DNA of 64,000 nucleotides from Pseudogymnoascus verrucosus. Lineage: Eukaryota. Shown one piece after another: positions 12,235 through 25,776 of the stretch. Where the stretch lies: assembly GCA_001662655.1 (NCBI GenBank), contig KV460218.1. The stretch is one strand, 5' to 3'. Positions within the stretch are counted from its first letter, which is position 1. The number at the start of each line of letters is the position of its first letter. The notes beneath the pieces were generated by a model that did no database searches, had not been told where the DNA came from, and was given only the letters and a program-made list of their open reading frames with translations. A program made the position numbers and the translations under genes.

Positions 12235-13377
12235 ATGTGTCGCACCGTCATCATTTTCAATGTTCATTGTGAACATGAGCATGCTGAGATACAGAAGTGT
12301 TCCGATCTCCTAGCTAGACAGCTGAGGTTCGAGCGAAAAGGCTTCTTCTCGAAGATGTTCTGTTCGCCTCCCAGGAACTGCAGGCGGCCACAGCAGACAC
12401 GAAGCTACAACAAGGTCCAGGTATGTCCTAAGTGTTCTCGTCGCGGTATTACTTATGAGCAACTCAGGAAAGACCGCGACAGCGCCCAGCGAAGACCGCC
12501 GCGCCCAGTCTATCGACACCAGACAGACCTCGACATTGATAATCCCATTTATCCCCCGAATCCTCAGAGGAGTAATACCAGGCGCCGGCCTGCTGACCGA
12601 AGACCGCAGGGCCTAGAGAGGAGCAACGCCGTCCAGTTCCACGGCGAGGCTCCTCGGCTGCCCAACGTCAGAGCCACAGCCATATATCGCGAGCCTCAGA
12701 ACCTCCGCCCTGACACGCTTCGCCAGTACCTTGGTTCTTCGGGTGTCCCATTTGAGGACCCTGACATTACTGCCTTCGAGGAATCGCCGATATACTCGTC
12801 AGCAGATCGCAGGCAACGCCCTCGGGGCCGTTCTGATAGCCGCCGGCACTGGCCAAACACGTCACACCCGCACGACAATGGTTCCTTTGAATACATAAAC
12901 AAGCCGTTGCCGCCTTCCCCTCTCAGGCCCCACAGAGCGGCGACGAACCCGACGTCCACATCCAGGCCACCGCCTGCCCCTAGTCGCTCTGCATCGCAAC
13001 GCTACGCCCAGTCATCCAGCGAGCGGCAGCCAGACTCCAGGCGCTCTTCTCCGCAGCGTCCTCCCCAGCCACCCAACGACGAGCGGCAGCTAGAGCTTTG
13101 GCGCTCTTCAATACAACGTCCAACCCAGTCATCCAACCAGCAGGTAGGTCTCGGAATATACGTACCGCAGAGCCACCCACAGGGCCCATCGTATCATCGC
13201 GGGAGGCCGACCGACAGAGAGCTGAATCGGATGAGCACGGAGATCGAGACTGTTGAGAGTGCATGGATCAATGCGGGAAGGAGGACTTCTCAGCAGCAAC
13301 CTGTTGACCGCCAATCCATGGGTTCGTTGACCGCTCCACGCCGCCATCGCAGCCAGAGAGAGGGTAGATATGCCTAA
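12235..13377 (+). CDS. Hypothetical protein: N-terminal Cys/His cluster and a long Pro/Arg/Ser/Gln-rich low-complexity tail
   Basis: 380-aa ATG ORF in an otherwise empty interval, with TATAAA about 180 bp upstream. N-terminal pattern MC..HCEH..C..C..C..CPKC. A possible 3' intron (13364-13432, GCTAAC..TAG) could extend the C-terminus. Confidence 0.6.
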   Translation: MCRTVIIFNVHCEHEHAEIQKCSDLLARQLRFERKGFFSKMFCSPPRNCRRPQQTRSYNKVQVCPKCSRRGITYEQLRKDRDSAQRRPPRPVYRHQTDLDIDNPIYPPNPQRSNTRRRPADRRPQGLERSNAVQFHGEAPRLPNVRATAIYREPQNLRPDTLRQYLGSSGVPFEDPDITAFEESPIYSSADRRQRPRGRSDSRRHWPNTSHPHDNGSFEYINKPLPPSPLRPHRAATNPTSTSRPPPAPSRSASQRYAQSSSERQPDSRRSSPQRPPQPPNDERQLELWRSSIQRPTQSSNQQVGLGIYVPQSHPQGPSYHRGRPTDRELNRMSTEIETVESAWINAGRRTSQQQPVDRQSMGSLTAPRRHRSQREGRYA

Positions 13378-13939
13378 TCCCCCTTTGTTAACCCCTTCGC
13401 AGTTACTTTGTTGTCGCTAACTCAAAATATAGGGGACGCCCTTGTCGCAGCCAGTGCTAGCAAGTATGCTCGATTGTTTCTGTCGTTTCCGATTCTTTCC
13501 ATACCCATTCTTAGAAATATATTTAAGTATTCTGACATAATATTAGGTTAGCCTTTGGTAGCAATCAAGCTATCATGCACAATTTATAGTCTCTGGGAAC
13601 AATTAGTGATATGTGAGACCCCGTTGTCAATGTAAAATCGTAATTCATATCGGATCATTACTGACGAAAAGAATATACAAAGAAACGTGTCCGACCCTTC
13701 AGTCATTCTTGGCCTTCCTCTTTGCCATATTAGGGAAATCCCCGAGCGAATCTGTTTCAGTCGCTCTCCTCCAGCATGGTATTCTCAATTTCTTCCCAGC
13801 ACTTGTTTCACTTCCGTCCGTCACCCTCATTCATGCGACGACAGTACTGTCCGCAGCCTTTCTTTCCACCCGTGAAACTTTGTACAGCCCAGATCGACCT
13901 CCCGCTAACCGCTATTCAGAGTCTCACAACCGTGTTTCA

Positions 13940-14641
13940 CTACTGTGCCTTCCCGTTCTTCCCAGCAGCCTTAGCCGCCTTGACTTTCGCAGTTTCTTCA
14001 GCGACACTCTTTCTCATTCTTGCCTCCAGCTCGGGCCTGTATCCAAGCTTGAAAAGGAGTTCGATCCATTCGAAAAATGGGGCTGTGACAAGTGCCATAT
14101 GGAGGTTCTCAAAGAGGGCCGGAGCGCGACCTTCAAATGCGCCATGGCCGACAAACTGAGCGATCCAGGAGAAGATGAAAACGCCAAAGGCAATCTGGTT
14201 TGCTGGGTACGCAGCCACGGTTGTAAGGTGCTTGGAGTATGCGGTTCCGGCAAGAAGGATAGGCGTTATCATGGAACCGGCCACTGGTTCGAGGAGGATG
14301 TAGAAGATGGAGTAATAGAGAGCCATTATGGTGCCCAAATTAAGGTCGAGGTTCGTGATCGTGGCCCATTCTGGCAAGGGAATGATCGTGGGGGAGTTGG
14401 TGAGCTACGTAGGAGATGTGAGCTTGGGCCGCGGAAACTTCGGACTCAACGTATTTGACGTACAAGGAGGATGAATGAGAAAAGGATCATTGGGATGCAT
14501 AGCATATGTATCCCCACATTGACTGGATTCTGGTGATAAGAGCTATACTGGAGCAAGAACACATCAGCCAAAGGTTGTGGTCTCACAGCAGGAGATACTC
14601 ACGAAGCATAGCTGCTTCTCCAGGTCAAGAGTACCACCCAT
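13940..14641 (-). CDS. MPO1: Mpo1/DUF962 ER membrane protein (2-hydroxy fatty acid dioxygenase family)
   Basis: Three exons: MGGTLDLEKQLCF|YSSYHQNPVNVGIHMLCIPMIL..|..SWIAQFVGHGAFEGRAPALFENL..APFFEWIELLF..GYRPEL. Confidence 0.88.
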
Positions 14642-14868
14642 CTTTAGGCGGAGAGGAGAAAGGGAATAATATCAGGTATGTAGAATATCAAAGGTCAGCC
14701 ACGGCCGGAAGTGCGCAAAACCATTAATAGCGACGACGGACAGAGAAATATATTTGTTACGTTGAGGGGTTTATGATATCTGAGACGCTCCGCACGTAAG
14801 ATACAGCTCACGTTCACGTTCACAACGCGGACCTCGGACCGTGCATAGACCCACCGTTTCCGTAACGT

Positions 14869-14892
14869 ATCACGTGGTACATTTGTCACGTG
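14869..14892. promoter_or_regulatory. Pair of RTCACGTG motifs in the MPO1/RPB7 divergent promoter
   Basis: ATCACGTG (core at 14871) and GTCACGTG (core at 14887) between two head-to-head genes. Confidence 0.45.
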
Positions 14893-15372
14893 CGATGCTC
14901 TGTTTGAGCCTCACAAAAATGCGCCGCGACCGATTGGAGGCGCGTTTACTGCGATCGGCGTCTACCAACGACCTCGACGAGAGCCGCAACACTCATTTAT
15001 TGCCTTGTTCAAACATCGACAACCTTTGTGCACGCTCCGCGATCCAGATCAGAGAGCTGCCAGAGTGTTTGGCCGTTGTTTATAAAAGGAATTTGCTTGC
15101 GCCTGGACAAGAGAAGCGCTTCACTGCGCGTCCATCGGATTCCAAGAGGCACGCAACCTCAAGCCAGCGCATATTCTACGGAAATACCAGGCCAAAATTG
15201 CCACGACTAGTGCTCTATGTGCTAAATTGCCTCAGGGGTGTCTGTGGAAAGTCTAGCACGGCAGCTTCGTAGATCTTTGAGATCGGTGCCTTCTCAAACG
15301 ACATTGCACCACTCGTCCAAGATCCCCTCAGGTCGAAGCGCTTCAGTCGATACCTACATATAAACCAGCACC

Positions 15373-16053
15373 ATGTTTTTCCTACACAACCTTGAGCGTC
15401 AGGTCACCCTGCACCCGTCGTACTTTGGCAAGAACATGCACGAGTTGGTCACTTCGAAGCTCCTCAGCGATGTGGAGGGAACCTGTACCGGACAATACTA
15501 CATTATCTCTGTGATGGACACATTCAACGTTTCTGAAGGTCGCATTATCCCTGGCAGCGGCCTCGCGGAGTTCACTGTTCGATACAGAGCGGTCGTCTGG
15601 CGTCCATTCAAGAATGAGACTGTAAGGCACGCCAGTGCTTTTGTACCTCACAGTAGAGCTGATTTGCAATGCACAGGTTGATGCCATCGTCACGGCCGTG
15701 AACCCAGCTGGCTTCCACTGCATGGCTGGACCTCTCGAGTTCTTCGTCTCCAGAGAAGTAAGGACTTTGACCCAGGCCAAGTTCCCAAGATGCTAATCGC
15801 ACCCCACCACAGCTTATCTCCAAAGACATCAAGTTCGACCCGAACGCGACGCCGTGGCAGTGGACCGACAATGAGGATCAAGTGATCGAGAAGGGCGCGC
15901 AAGTCCGAGTCAAGTTGATCGGTCTGCGTTCTGATGTCGGGTCCATGTACGCGATTGGTAGCATCAAGGAGGACTACCTCGGGTCAGTCTGGTTCAGTTC
16001 CCTCCCCGTGAATATTTGTACTAAACTACTACAACAGTGTGCCACCGCCGTGA
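15373..16053 (+). CDS. RPB7: RNA polymerase II subunit Rpb7
   Basis: [63 protein letters not shown]; four exons with canonical introns. Confidence 0.95.
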
Positions 16054-16433
16054 ACGACATAGTTATACCCAATACCACGTGCGAGTGCACGCGTCGGAGA
16101 GGGATATGGAAAGCTTTTAGAGTTGGTTGCGTCGCACCACTACTCGACACGATCATGTGGAGCTGGAATACTGGGGTATTTGGCTATCTTCAAGATCAAT
16201 ACAGATAATACCGGGCGAGGTTGTGCCAATACAAGGCCAATAGGAACCAAACCACTCAGATAAGTAGACGCATACGGTACAATATCTCTCAGAATGATTT
16301 TAAAGCCAACACTCAGCATGCTTTCAAGACAATTATAACATGCGACGTGTGACATCAATGGATTTCGTGTTGTTATATATTCCTTTGAACATCAAATCAT
16401 TTCATCATTATTCCTTTCATCTTCAATAACAAG

Positions 16434-19084
16434 CTAATCCTGCGTCAAATCTAAGGCCTCAACTTGGCTCACCCTCCACTTCTGCCTGCCTCTGCCCTTC
16501 CGCTCCATGTCTTGTACTTCCTTCTCTGTATATGTCTTCCAAGCACCAGGCAAACTTTCTCGGGGTGCAAGGAATCTCTTTTGGGGGATTTTGCTGTCGG
16601 CAAATGGAAGGATGTCCATAGGAGGAGAAGGTCGGCCCTTGGCCAGCGGCGATTCGGCTTGTTTTGCTGTGGTGTAATGTGGCGGAGGAGAAGATGACAT
16701 GAGGTCGATGGCATTCTGTGTCCCTTTGCTATCTTCAGTTGAGTAGGTGTTCGTGTAGAGTGGCGAAAGTGGATAGTCAAGAGGTGGCAGGGCACCATAC
16801 TCTTCGTCTGAGAGAGTGGGCTGATATTCGTCATCCAGAGCTATATCAGGCTTGCGGTTAATTTGCATGCTTGATGTAGGCGCATCTGATTGGGTATTTC
16901 TTGATGACCCAACACTGTTTCCTTGGTCGCCAGTCACTGCTGTCCGTTTTTTAACTGAAGGTAACTGTACAGAACCGGTAGGTATTTCAGCGTCGGAAAT
17001 AGACGAGACATAAAGGGGCGGTGAGCCATTTCTCGAATGCTTCTTTGGAAACAAGTTGCGGGATGAAGAAGTATCATAAGATGATATCATTTGAGAAGCT
17101 GAGCTTGAACTTGCTTGCGATGACCCCTCTTTGTGGGACTGACTTATTCCAGCCTTTGACACATTGGCGCTCACTAGTTGAGATGAGCGAGACTGTGTGG
17201 CTGCCCAAGGGTTGCTCGGCTTGGGCGAGACTTGGCAGTAGCGGTCTCCAGAAGGAGCTTTGCGGTACTCGCGACGTGGCCGAAGAGGTTCCTTGCTTGC
17301 CCCTTTTGGCTGCAATGGCGGCTTGTCGAGAGAAGGAGCCAGGTATACTGGAGGCAGCTGTGGTTTATGGTCAGACTTCTTATTTGGAGACTCCGAAGAC
17401 AAGGCTGCACTGGTGGCGACCGGTTTGCTTGTAACAAAATATCGATCTAATGCTCCTTGCTTCATGCCATGTTTTGTTGAGGTTGCTTTCGGGGCAGCTT
17501 TCCGTTTCGGCGCGTTTGCCCGCGATTGCTTCAGCATTAATGACTCTTCATAATCCTCTACCTTGAGAGGAACACCAACTCTCGCAATGCTCCGAGAAAC
17601 CCACGTCTTGCAGGGTTTGGTAGGGTCATAAGCAGCCAGTCTATTTTTCATAGGGCTCATGGATCTGCTCTTTCCAGTCGGTTCGTTATCTGATTGATAG
17701 ACTTCCAAATTCTCTTCATCCACAGCCAGATATTCGTCCTGTTGGTCCAGGTTGCTCTCATCATCAATCTCCGCATCAACGTCTAGCCCGACTATACCAA
17801 ACGGCTCAAAAGTCAAGCGCAATTCAGGGATTCCATCTGTTGAAAAGTGCTGTCTCTCGCCTGTGATGTCTTGTACAATCTCTCGTTCTTGAGCTTCTAT
17901 CAAAACCAAGTTTCCATGCCCTGAATCGACACTCTTTGGTCTTTCTCGTAGCTTGTAGATTAGCATAGGCGGCGCAAGGAGGCGAATAAGCCTCTTTGCG
18001 TTCAATTTGCCAGTCCATTCGAAGCATTCCTCGACAAATATTCTCAGTCTTTTCGAATCGATTTCTCTATCCCACTGTAGCCGCGACCTCAAATTCAACA
18101 AGGCGGCTTCCGAAGAGACTATAGGATGCATATAGTACTGTAGAATTTCCTTCTTCGGAAAGTCATCCGGTACAGTGATAGCCTTGTTCTTCTGTCTGAA
18201 ATATCCAGCCTCATTCGTATGAAGCTCGTGTGCGAGATTTTCGCGCCAGGCCAACAACCCGGAACTGTCATCAGGAGCGAGGTCACACAGTGATTTTCCA
18301 TAACCTGCTCTTGCAGCTTCGCACGCAATCTTTGCTCCGCAACGAGCTACACCAGCGGTATCGTAGTCGCCACCACTCATCAGGGCGACCAAGATCATCC
18401 CTTCTCGGTCTAGGCCAGATTTCCCCTCCTTGGTGACTTTGGCGTCGTATAAGGACACGTGAGTGGGGGGAGTTTTTCCAGATCCCTCACACGACCAGTC
18501 TCTAATTGTCAGGCCGCTCCCAAACATCAGAGTGTCCACGTCCTCACTGAGGACGGCATCAACCAAACCCCGCTGTTGCAACAGCGCGCATTCGGCCTCT
18601 GCTTCTCCCGGAGCATCGTGGGACTCAAAGCCAAATAGTTGCAGCAAAAGCTTAGTTCTACGCACATCGGCCTGATATGCGGAACCTCCTTTGCGTCTCG
18701 TTTTATTGCGTTTCAGGAGAGGCCTGTCGGGCCCATCAAAGACAAATATTGCCTGAACGGATGTTCCGGCAAGTCTTACGAGCCTATAAAATAGAGTTCG
18801 CAGCGCCGGATTGGGGCCACCTTAATTCATAAGAACTGTATTCCAAAACTGCAGGAACAGAAACTAAAACTCACCTTTGCCTCCTTGGACTTCAAAATTC
18901 CATATGGAGATGTCGATCGCTATTCTGAACGGCCTCCCAGTTTGCTCGAATTTCTCTACCGCAAGCTTTGTCAGAGACACCCTTTGACCTGGGCCTATCT
19001 CATTGTATATTCTATTATTATTTATGTTAGTAATTGTGTCTTTAGTTAGAGGTCATAGGTCCTAACGCACCCGGGAATGCCCAT
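16434..19084 (-). CDS. YEN1: XPG/Rad2-family Holliday junction resolvase (Yen1/GEN1-like)
   Basis: MGIPG start exon, IAIDISIW, NPALRTLFYRL, FVFDGP, APGEAEAECALLQ..VLSEDVDTLMFG and ALMSGGDY; two 5' introns; long low-complexity C-terminus. Confidence 0.85.
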
Positions 19085-19730
19085 GTTTTCATTCTTATAT
19101 TATAATAATAATGTGGGGCAAAAAATAATAGCAGCCGGAATATAATTCCTACGAGCGATAACCTCAAATGAGCAATGCGAAGTAGCAAATGATGATACCA
19201 GACTGGGAGGCAAAGCTATTTCCGGGAGTCCCAGGGTATTATCGACGAGGGCTGCCTACTCGATCCATTGTGACGGAAAGGGCGTTGTTGATTAAGCCTC
19301 TATTTTGTTTATTTTAGGACTAGCTTCAAAGTCGTCCCAGCGACGCAGGGGACCTGGCTGAAGCGTGGATGCTGTACTTGAAACATAGACTCAGAGTGAT
19401 GAAGGTCATTTTATTTTATTTACAGTTTCTATAAACTCCAAAGGAAATAGTAGAATCTTGTAGATATTTCTAAACGCCAAGTGACATCCCTCAGTCGTAC
19501 CTTCCTAAACATGACTACTACTGCAATTTCGTAGATTACAGCCTTCAAATCAAGGCCGCAATAGTGTGGATATTCCAACCGGGTCCCCACGCAGGTACCT
19601 TGCAGATATCCCGACTTTGATATCTCAGAAATATCATTAGAATCAAGCTGTTGCCTCGTACACTACACCAACGACGCAAAAACATGGCACAAATCTGATT
19701 TATATCTTGGGCCCCAGACAATGCTAAGCA

Positions 19731-21472
19731 ATGGCAACGCCTGCCCACCGCAGCGTCGCCAACATTCGGCCTGTTTCTGAGATCCGCTCCCCAGGAGCTC
19801 CATTAGCCAGCCCCCGCACTCCAGTCCGCCCCGTCTCGATCTCAAACTTTAGCTCTCCGTCAGCTTTGCGCGCGGAAGAAGACTGTATCATTCTCGAATT
19901 TGGCAGTCGTTATCTCCGAGCAGGTCTAGCAGGAGACGCACTGCCCAGGGCAGTCATTGGTTTCGGACCTGATACGCAGAGGAGAGCTGGCGATTACAGG
20001 CAATGGCAGCTTGGCTATGGAGCTGATTGGCGACAAAGGGCGTCGGGCAAGGCCTGGGGAGAGGAACATGAGCTGTGGAGGCCAGATCTGAGGCATGTGG
20101 ACCTGGGGCTTGTCGGCGACAGGATCGAACGGGCTATGCGAGAGGCTATTACGAAGTACATTCCCATATATTCCTCCGTTTGTTTGTTTGTTACAGTAAC
20201 TGACAATTTCCAAGATATCTAGTAACTGGCTCTGGGTCTCGACGCATATCCCTGGTATTACAGCCCGACTTTCCTCTACCCCTTCTCTCAACGGTACTCG
20301 ATACCCTTTTCACGAGCTTCCAGCCTCCGACTATCTCGCTTCTTTCCGCGCCTGTGCTATCGGCAGTAGCCGCTGGGCTTCGATCGGCTCTTGTTATAGA
20401 TATTGGCTGGGCTGAGACAACTGTCACTGGAGTGTACGAATACCGAGAGATTTCTTGCCGCCGGACTGTTAGAGCAAGCAGGTTACTGGGCCTAAAAATG
20501 CGAAAGGTCCTTGGGCGTGCCATAAAATCTCGGCTGTCTCAAGACGACGACGAAGAAGACGATGAGAGAGACAGCAAGTTGATCAGCTTTGAAGAATGCG
20601 AGGAGGTCGTCACACGCATGGCCTGGTGCAAACCATCGCAGCCCACTCCTGAGACCGAGACATCGGAAGCCTTGTCAGCTGCGATGGAGAGTCTACGATT
20701 TAATGACCAACAAGACGTTGTATCAATACCTGTATCATCAACACAGCCGCCTATGACGTTGAAGATACCATTTAATGAATTGGCCGAGCCTTGCGAGAAA
20801 GCATTCTTCGTGAAGGATATCAATCCCTGCGACCTAGACGACGAAGAACTACCATTACATCTGTTGGTTTATCGAAGTCTTCTACTTCTCCCAGTTGATG
20901 TGCGGTCATTTTGCATGTCACGACTGATACTTGTTGGTGGCGGGTCTAATATTCCCGGTCTTAAGAGTCGCATCTTGGGTGATGTCCAGTCTCTCATCGA
21001 CTCCAGGGGCTGGGAACCGGTTCAAGGGAAAGCCTTTGATCAACTGCGTGCAAACCAGAAGCTTAGGTCCCAACAAAGGAACCAGGCACCCGTTGCGATC
21101 AAAATCGATGGACATGCACATCCGGAAACGGATGAGCATCACAGGCCAGCAGCTTTTCAAAACCAACAACCTGACCCTATTGAGAGTCAGATCAGGAGAG
21201 AACGAGATAAGCTCGCGCCTCCGCCAAATTATGGAACCCTTAGTGCGGTGGACTCGATGGGTGCTTGGAGCGGTGCCAGTCTTATATCCCAATTACGACT
21301 GCCTTCCGTATCGATAGTCGAGAAAGACCAGTGGCTGCAGTATGGTGCCGCTGGTGCTTCCAAAGCGAAGGAAGTTATCCCGGCAGCGAAGGCGAGGCAG
21401 AGCATGGGTCCGGCCGGGTTGAGAGCTGCGGCTGCAGAGCAGTCAAGCTGGACCTTGGGGCCATGGGGTTGA
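19731..21472 (+). CDS. ARP10: Actin-related protein, dynactin Arp10/RO7-like
   Basis: IILEFGSRYLRAGLAGD, AAGLRSALVIDIGWAETTV, LILVGGGSNIPGLKSRIL and GAWSGASL; intron about 20156-20213. Confidence 0.72.
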
Positions 21473-22418
21473 TGATACCAGTGATGGAGTAAAGGAGAAA
21501 TGAGAAAATACCCTGCCTCGATAGTAGATGGCCGAGGGACCGTTGAAGTAAGACATGATGGCCTAAAGCCCTCAAGCTTGTGTATGTCACGTGATTTATG
21601 ACAAAGGAGGCGCCATCTTGAAAACGATGAAATGCAACGGAGAGAGAGTAGATGGTACTGCAGACGGGTTTTAGCTGCCATAAGGGCGGAGGTTGCAGTT
21701 CTAGCATCTCAGTGTCAAGGGTGATTGATGATGGCGGCTTACCCGGCCGGAAGGAGACTGATTGCCGGTCATGTGCTACCGAGCGTGTGAGGTCGATAGA
21801 AATCTGTAGATTAAATATGGATAAAATAAAACCATTATAAACCTGTCTGCCTTTGAAAAGTATTAATGATTTCTATAATAAAAGCGCTCAATTAGTGCTG
21901 TTGCTGCTGTTTGTGCAGCATTATTTTGCCTGTTCTCCTATTTTTTATCTCCTTCCGGTGTGGTCCGATCCGAGGAGAGAAATATGTAATGAGCGGCCAA
22001 CAAAGCTGAGACCAGCAATTAATCTCTGCATCGTGAGCGGCATTACCGTCGACCACAGCAGTTAATAAAATCAGGAAAAATCAAAATATAAATTCCCATT
22101 CACTATAAATAATATACCATATATCTATCAATATTTAGAATTTATACCGTCGACGGCACATGATTTTTTTTCCACGGCTCATCGCTACGGATACCTCGTT
22201 TCTTTCGGAGTGGGTGCACTGAATTTCAGGCCAACCACTCACAAGCGAGATGCCAAGACTCTGGCTCGGGCTCTCTCGCATCGATCTTCTGTGTTCTTCA
22301 AGACTCCCTTCTTACGATTGATCCAATCTCCAAAACACCTCCCTTCACAATCTCCTCTCCTCAATTGCTGAAGCAATTGATTCTTTTTTGTGTCTTTGTA
22401 GCATAGACGACGGTCACA

Positions 22419-24538
22419 ATGTTCAGGAACGCTCTCCGACAGTCCAGCCGGACGGTGGGCGCAATCTCTGCTTCCGGCAGAGTCGCTGCAGTAAGTCCAC
22501 CACGAAATATCCAACGGGGTCCAACGGAGCTCGAAGTCATCTTAATGCATCGATATATACTCGGTGAACTCAATTGAGTTTGCTGAGTGATAGATTATGA
22601 TGGTTGACAGCTTTGTTGGGAGCTCCAACAGCTTCGTCTGCATTTTTTCGGGCTTTCGGCTAACTTTGATGTCAACCGCGTAGGGAAGAATTGCTGCACC
22701 TGCTGCCTTCAACGCTTCCGCCATCCAGGCTCGTACTTACGCTGAGGCTAAGGCTGCCCCGACTGAGGTTTCTTCCATCCTCGAGCAGAAGATCCGTGGT
22801 GTCCAAGAAGAGGCTGGCCTTGCCGAGACCGGACGTGTCCTCTCCGTCGGGTATGTCAACAACAATGCGACATCACGATTCGATGTCAAGCCCGACATCT
22901 ATATCGTGATATCAATGGGAATCGATGGCTGACAATAGTTGGAATATAGTGATGGTATCGCCCGTGTCCATGGCATGAGCAATGTCCAGGCCGAGGAGCT
23001 GGTTGAGTAAGTTTTTCACGATTCATGGTGTGACGACTCGATGCTAACAACAACAATAGGTTCGCCTCCGGTGTCAAGGGTATGTGCATGAACTTGGAGG
23101 CCGGCCAGGTCGGTGTTGTGCTTTTCGGTTCCGATCGTCTCGTCAAGGAGGGTGAGACCGTCAAGCGTACCGGAGAGATTGTAAGTAGTCCCATACTTCA
23201 GAACCCTTAACTCCATCTAATCCATCACAGGTCGATGTTCCCGTTGGACCAGAGCTTCTCGGCCGTGTCGTTGATGCCCTCGGAAACCCAATTGATGGAA
23301 AGGGACCAATCAACACCAAGGAGAAGCGTCGTGCCCAGGTTAAGGCCCCCGGCATTCTTCCCCGTCACTCCGTCAACCAGCCCGTCCAGACCGGCATGAA
23401 GTCCGTCGACGCCATGGTTCCCATCGGACGTGGTCAGCGTGAGTTGATCATTGGTGATCGTCAAACCGGAAAGACCGCTGTCGCTCTCGACACCATGCTT
23501 AACCAGAAGCGTTGGAACAACGGCACCGATGAGTCCAAGAAGCTCTACTGTGTCTACGTCGCCGTTGGACAGAAGCGCTCCACCGTCGCTCAGCTCGTCA
23601 AGACCCTTGAGGAGAACGACGCCATGAAGTACTCCATCGTTGTTGCCGCCACTGCCTCTGAGGCCGCTCCTCTCCAGTACATCGCTCCTTTCACTGCCAC
23701 CTCCATGGGTGAGTGGTTCCGTGACAACGGCAAGCACGCCGTTATCATCTTCGACGATCTGTCCAAGCAGGCTGTTGCCTACCGTCAAATGTCGCTCCTC
23801 CTCCGTCGTCCTCCCGGACGTGAGGCTTACCCCGGTGACGTTTTCTACCTGCACTCGCGTCTTCTGGAGCGTGCTGCCAAGATGTCCGACAAGCACGGTG
23901 GTGGATCCCTCACTGCTCTGCCCATCATTGAGACCCAGGGTGGTGATGTGTCCGCTTACATTCCTACCAACGTCATTTCCATCACTGATGGACAGATTTT
24001 CTTGGAGGCCGAGCTCTTCTACAAGGGTATCCGCCCAGCCATTAACGTCGGTCTTTCCGTCTCCCGTGTCGGATCCGCTGCCCAGCTTAAGGCCATGAAG
24101 CAAGTTGCCGGTTCGCTCAAGCTCTTCTTGGCCCAATACCGTGAAGTTGCCGCTTTCGCTCAATTCGGTTCCGATTTGGATGCCGCCACCAAGCAGACCC
24201 TCGCCCGTGGTGAGCGTGTAAGTATCCCCGCATAGCACCCCATCAAAATGTACAGAAGCTAATTTCTCATCCAGTTGACCGAGCTCCTCAAGCAGAAGCA
24301 GTACTCCCCCATGGCCGTCAACGAGATGGTTCCTCTCATCTACGCCGGTGTCAACGGTCACCTCGACTCCGTCCCCGTCGAGAAGATCCTTGTCTGGGAA
24401 GCCGATTTCCTCGCCCACCTCAAGACCAACGAGCAGAGCCTGCTCGACACTCTCGACAAGGAGGGTGCCTTGAGCAAGGACCTCGAGGCCCGCCTCAAGG
24501 AGTCCATCGTCTCCTTCACCAAGTCCTTCATCGCATAA
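22419..24538 (+). CDS. ATP1: Mitochondrial F1-ATP synthase alpha subunit (nuclear-encoded)
   Basis: Presequence [24 protein letters not shown], Walker [32 protein letters not shown]; several short introns; strong codon bias. Confidence 0.98.
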
Positions 24539-25776
24539 AGGACCAACACCTGCGCCTTGATTTCCTGTGTTTGTTAGATCCCCTCACTTCCGCGCTATGT
24601 ATCTATCTCTTTAGTTGGCGGCGAGGCGGCCGGTTGCGAGCTGTCGCGTACGAGGGGGGGTAATGCATTAGCTGTAAAATAGAAACATCTACCTTAGAAA
24701 CTGGAGTGTGTGATCTGATATTGTTACCTTAAATTGAAATAGTTTGTGAAGCTGTCCGCAGTCCTATGCGTGATCCTATGATTGATTGGTTTTGGATGTT
24801 CCTTGGATTTTCTTCGTTTGTGTGCTTCAGGTAAGCGTGTGGCCATCGTGCTTGCCGTCTCTGACTTTGTTTGTCCGTATAGTGCCATCTACACTGGTCA
24901 AGTTTATGAAGCTGGCTGGCCAGTACGATATAACCTCTGCAAAAATTGCCAGCGGGAGCTATATATCAAGAACAATGGCGGAGGTCTTGTGTCAAGTTGT
25001 CTTTTTGGCGTACTTGGCAGATCTGGAACTTGATACTCGATTCTGATTTCACAGTGTTCTACTCTTCAGGATTCTTCTTCTGGGCCCCTGTTGTATTTTT
25101 GATGAGTGGATATTCGAAAGCCGATTCTACTTCGTAGTGTATTCTACCTGGGGGGGTTCTTTCATCCAGGTTCTTGTGAGGTTTAACCAAGGGACAGTGG
25201 TTGGCCTCATGGAGATGCTACCAGCAGTTTGGTTTCAGCTCATATTGTGACAATTTATTTATTCATTTTCACTCCAAATATCGAGCCTTCTCAAGAACTG
25301 TCTTTTTTAATGCGTCATTTGGTGTCTATTCACTAAAAGAGTGGCTAGTCCGTAGATGCTTTTATGAACCCCATTCTCCTATTCTCCCATATTCCTCCCA
25401 TTGTCAATTTCATATCGTACATTCCTCTCCTCCGCGAATATTCATCCATCTCCATAATCATCCGATCAAACTGTCCCATATCTCTTCTCCGCCATCTTCT
25501 CAAATCTCGGGTATAATGCAAAAGCAAATGAACCTAGTGACTCCTGACCTTCAGACGAGACACTGCAATGTAACCCATCAAATAACCCCCCACTGCAATA
25601 TATACCGCCAGTACCCCATTGTACGTCTATCCGTCGTGTAGGAACTCCCAGAACCATCCATATAGAACCCCTCCAGTACACTCTCCAGATAACTCCCCGC
25701 ATATAACTCCTATAGCACCTCCCCGACATCATAATAAAGGCATTTCCTTGAACGAAAGAACAAAAGATGAATCAAG

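Noticed and set aside
13613..14458. 281-aa plus-strand ORF
   Set aside because: GTG start, antisense to the well-supported MPO1, no motifs.
23225..24418. 397-aa antisense ORF over ATP1
   Set aside because: In-register antisense frame of a highly biased gene (few TTA/CTA/TCA codons); no independent evidence.
24730..25200. Possible decayed minus-strand ORF downstream of ATP1
   Set aside because: The frame has stops and no recognisable similarity; it cannot be supported without a search.
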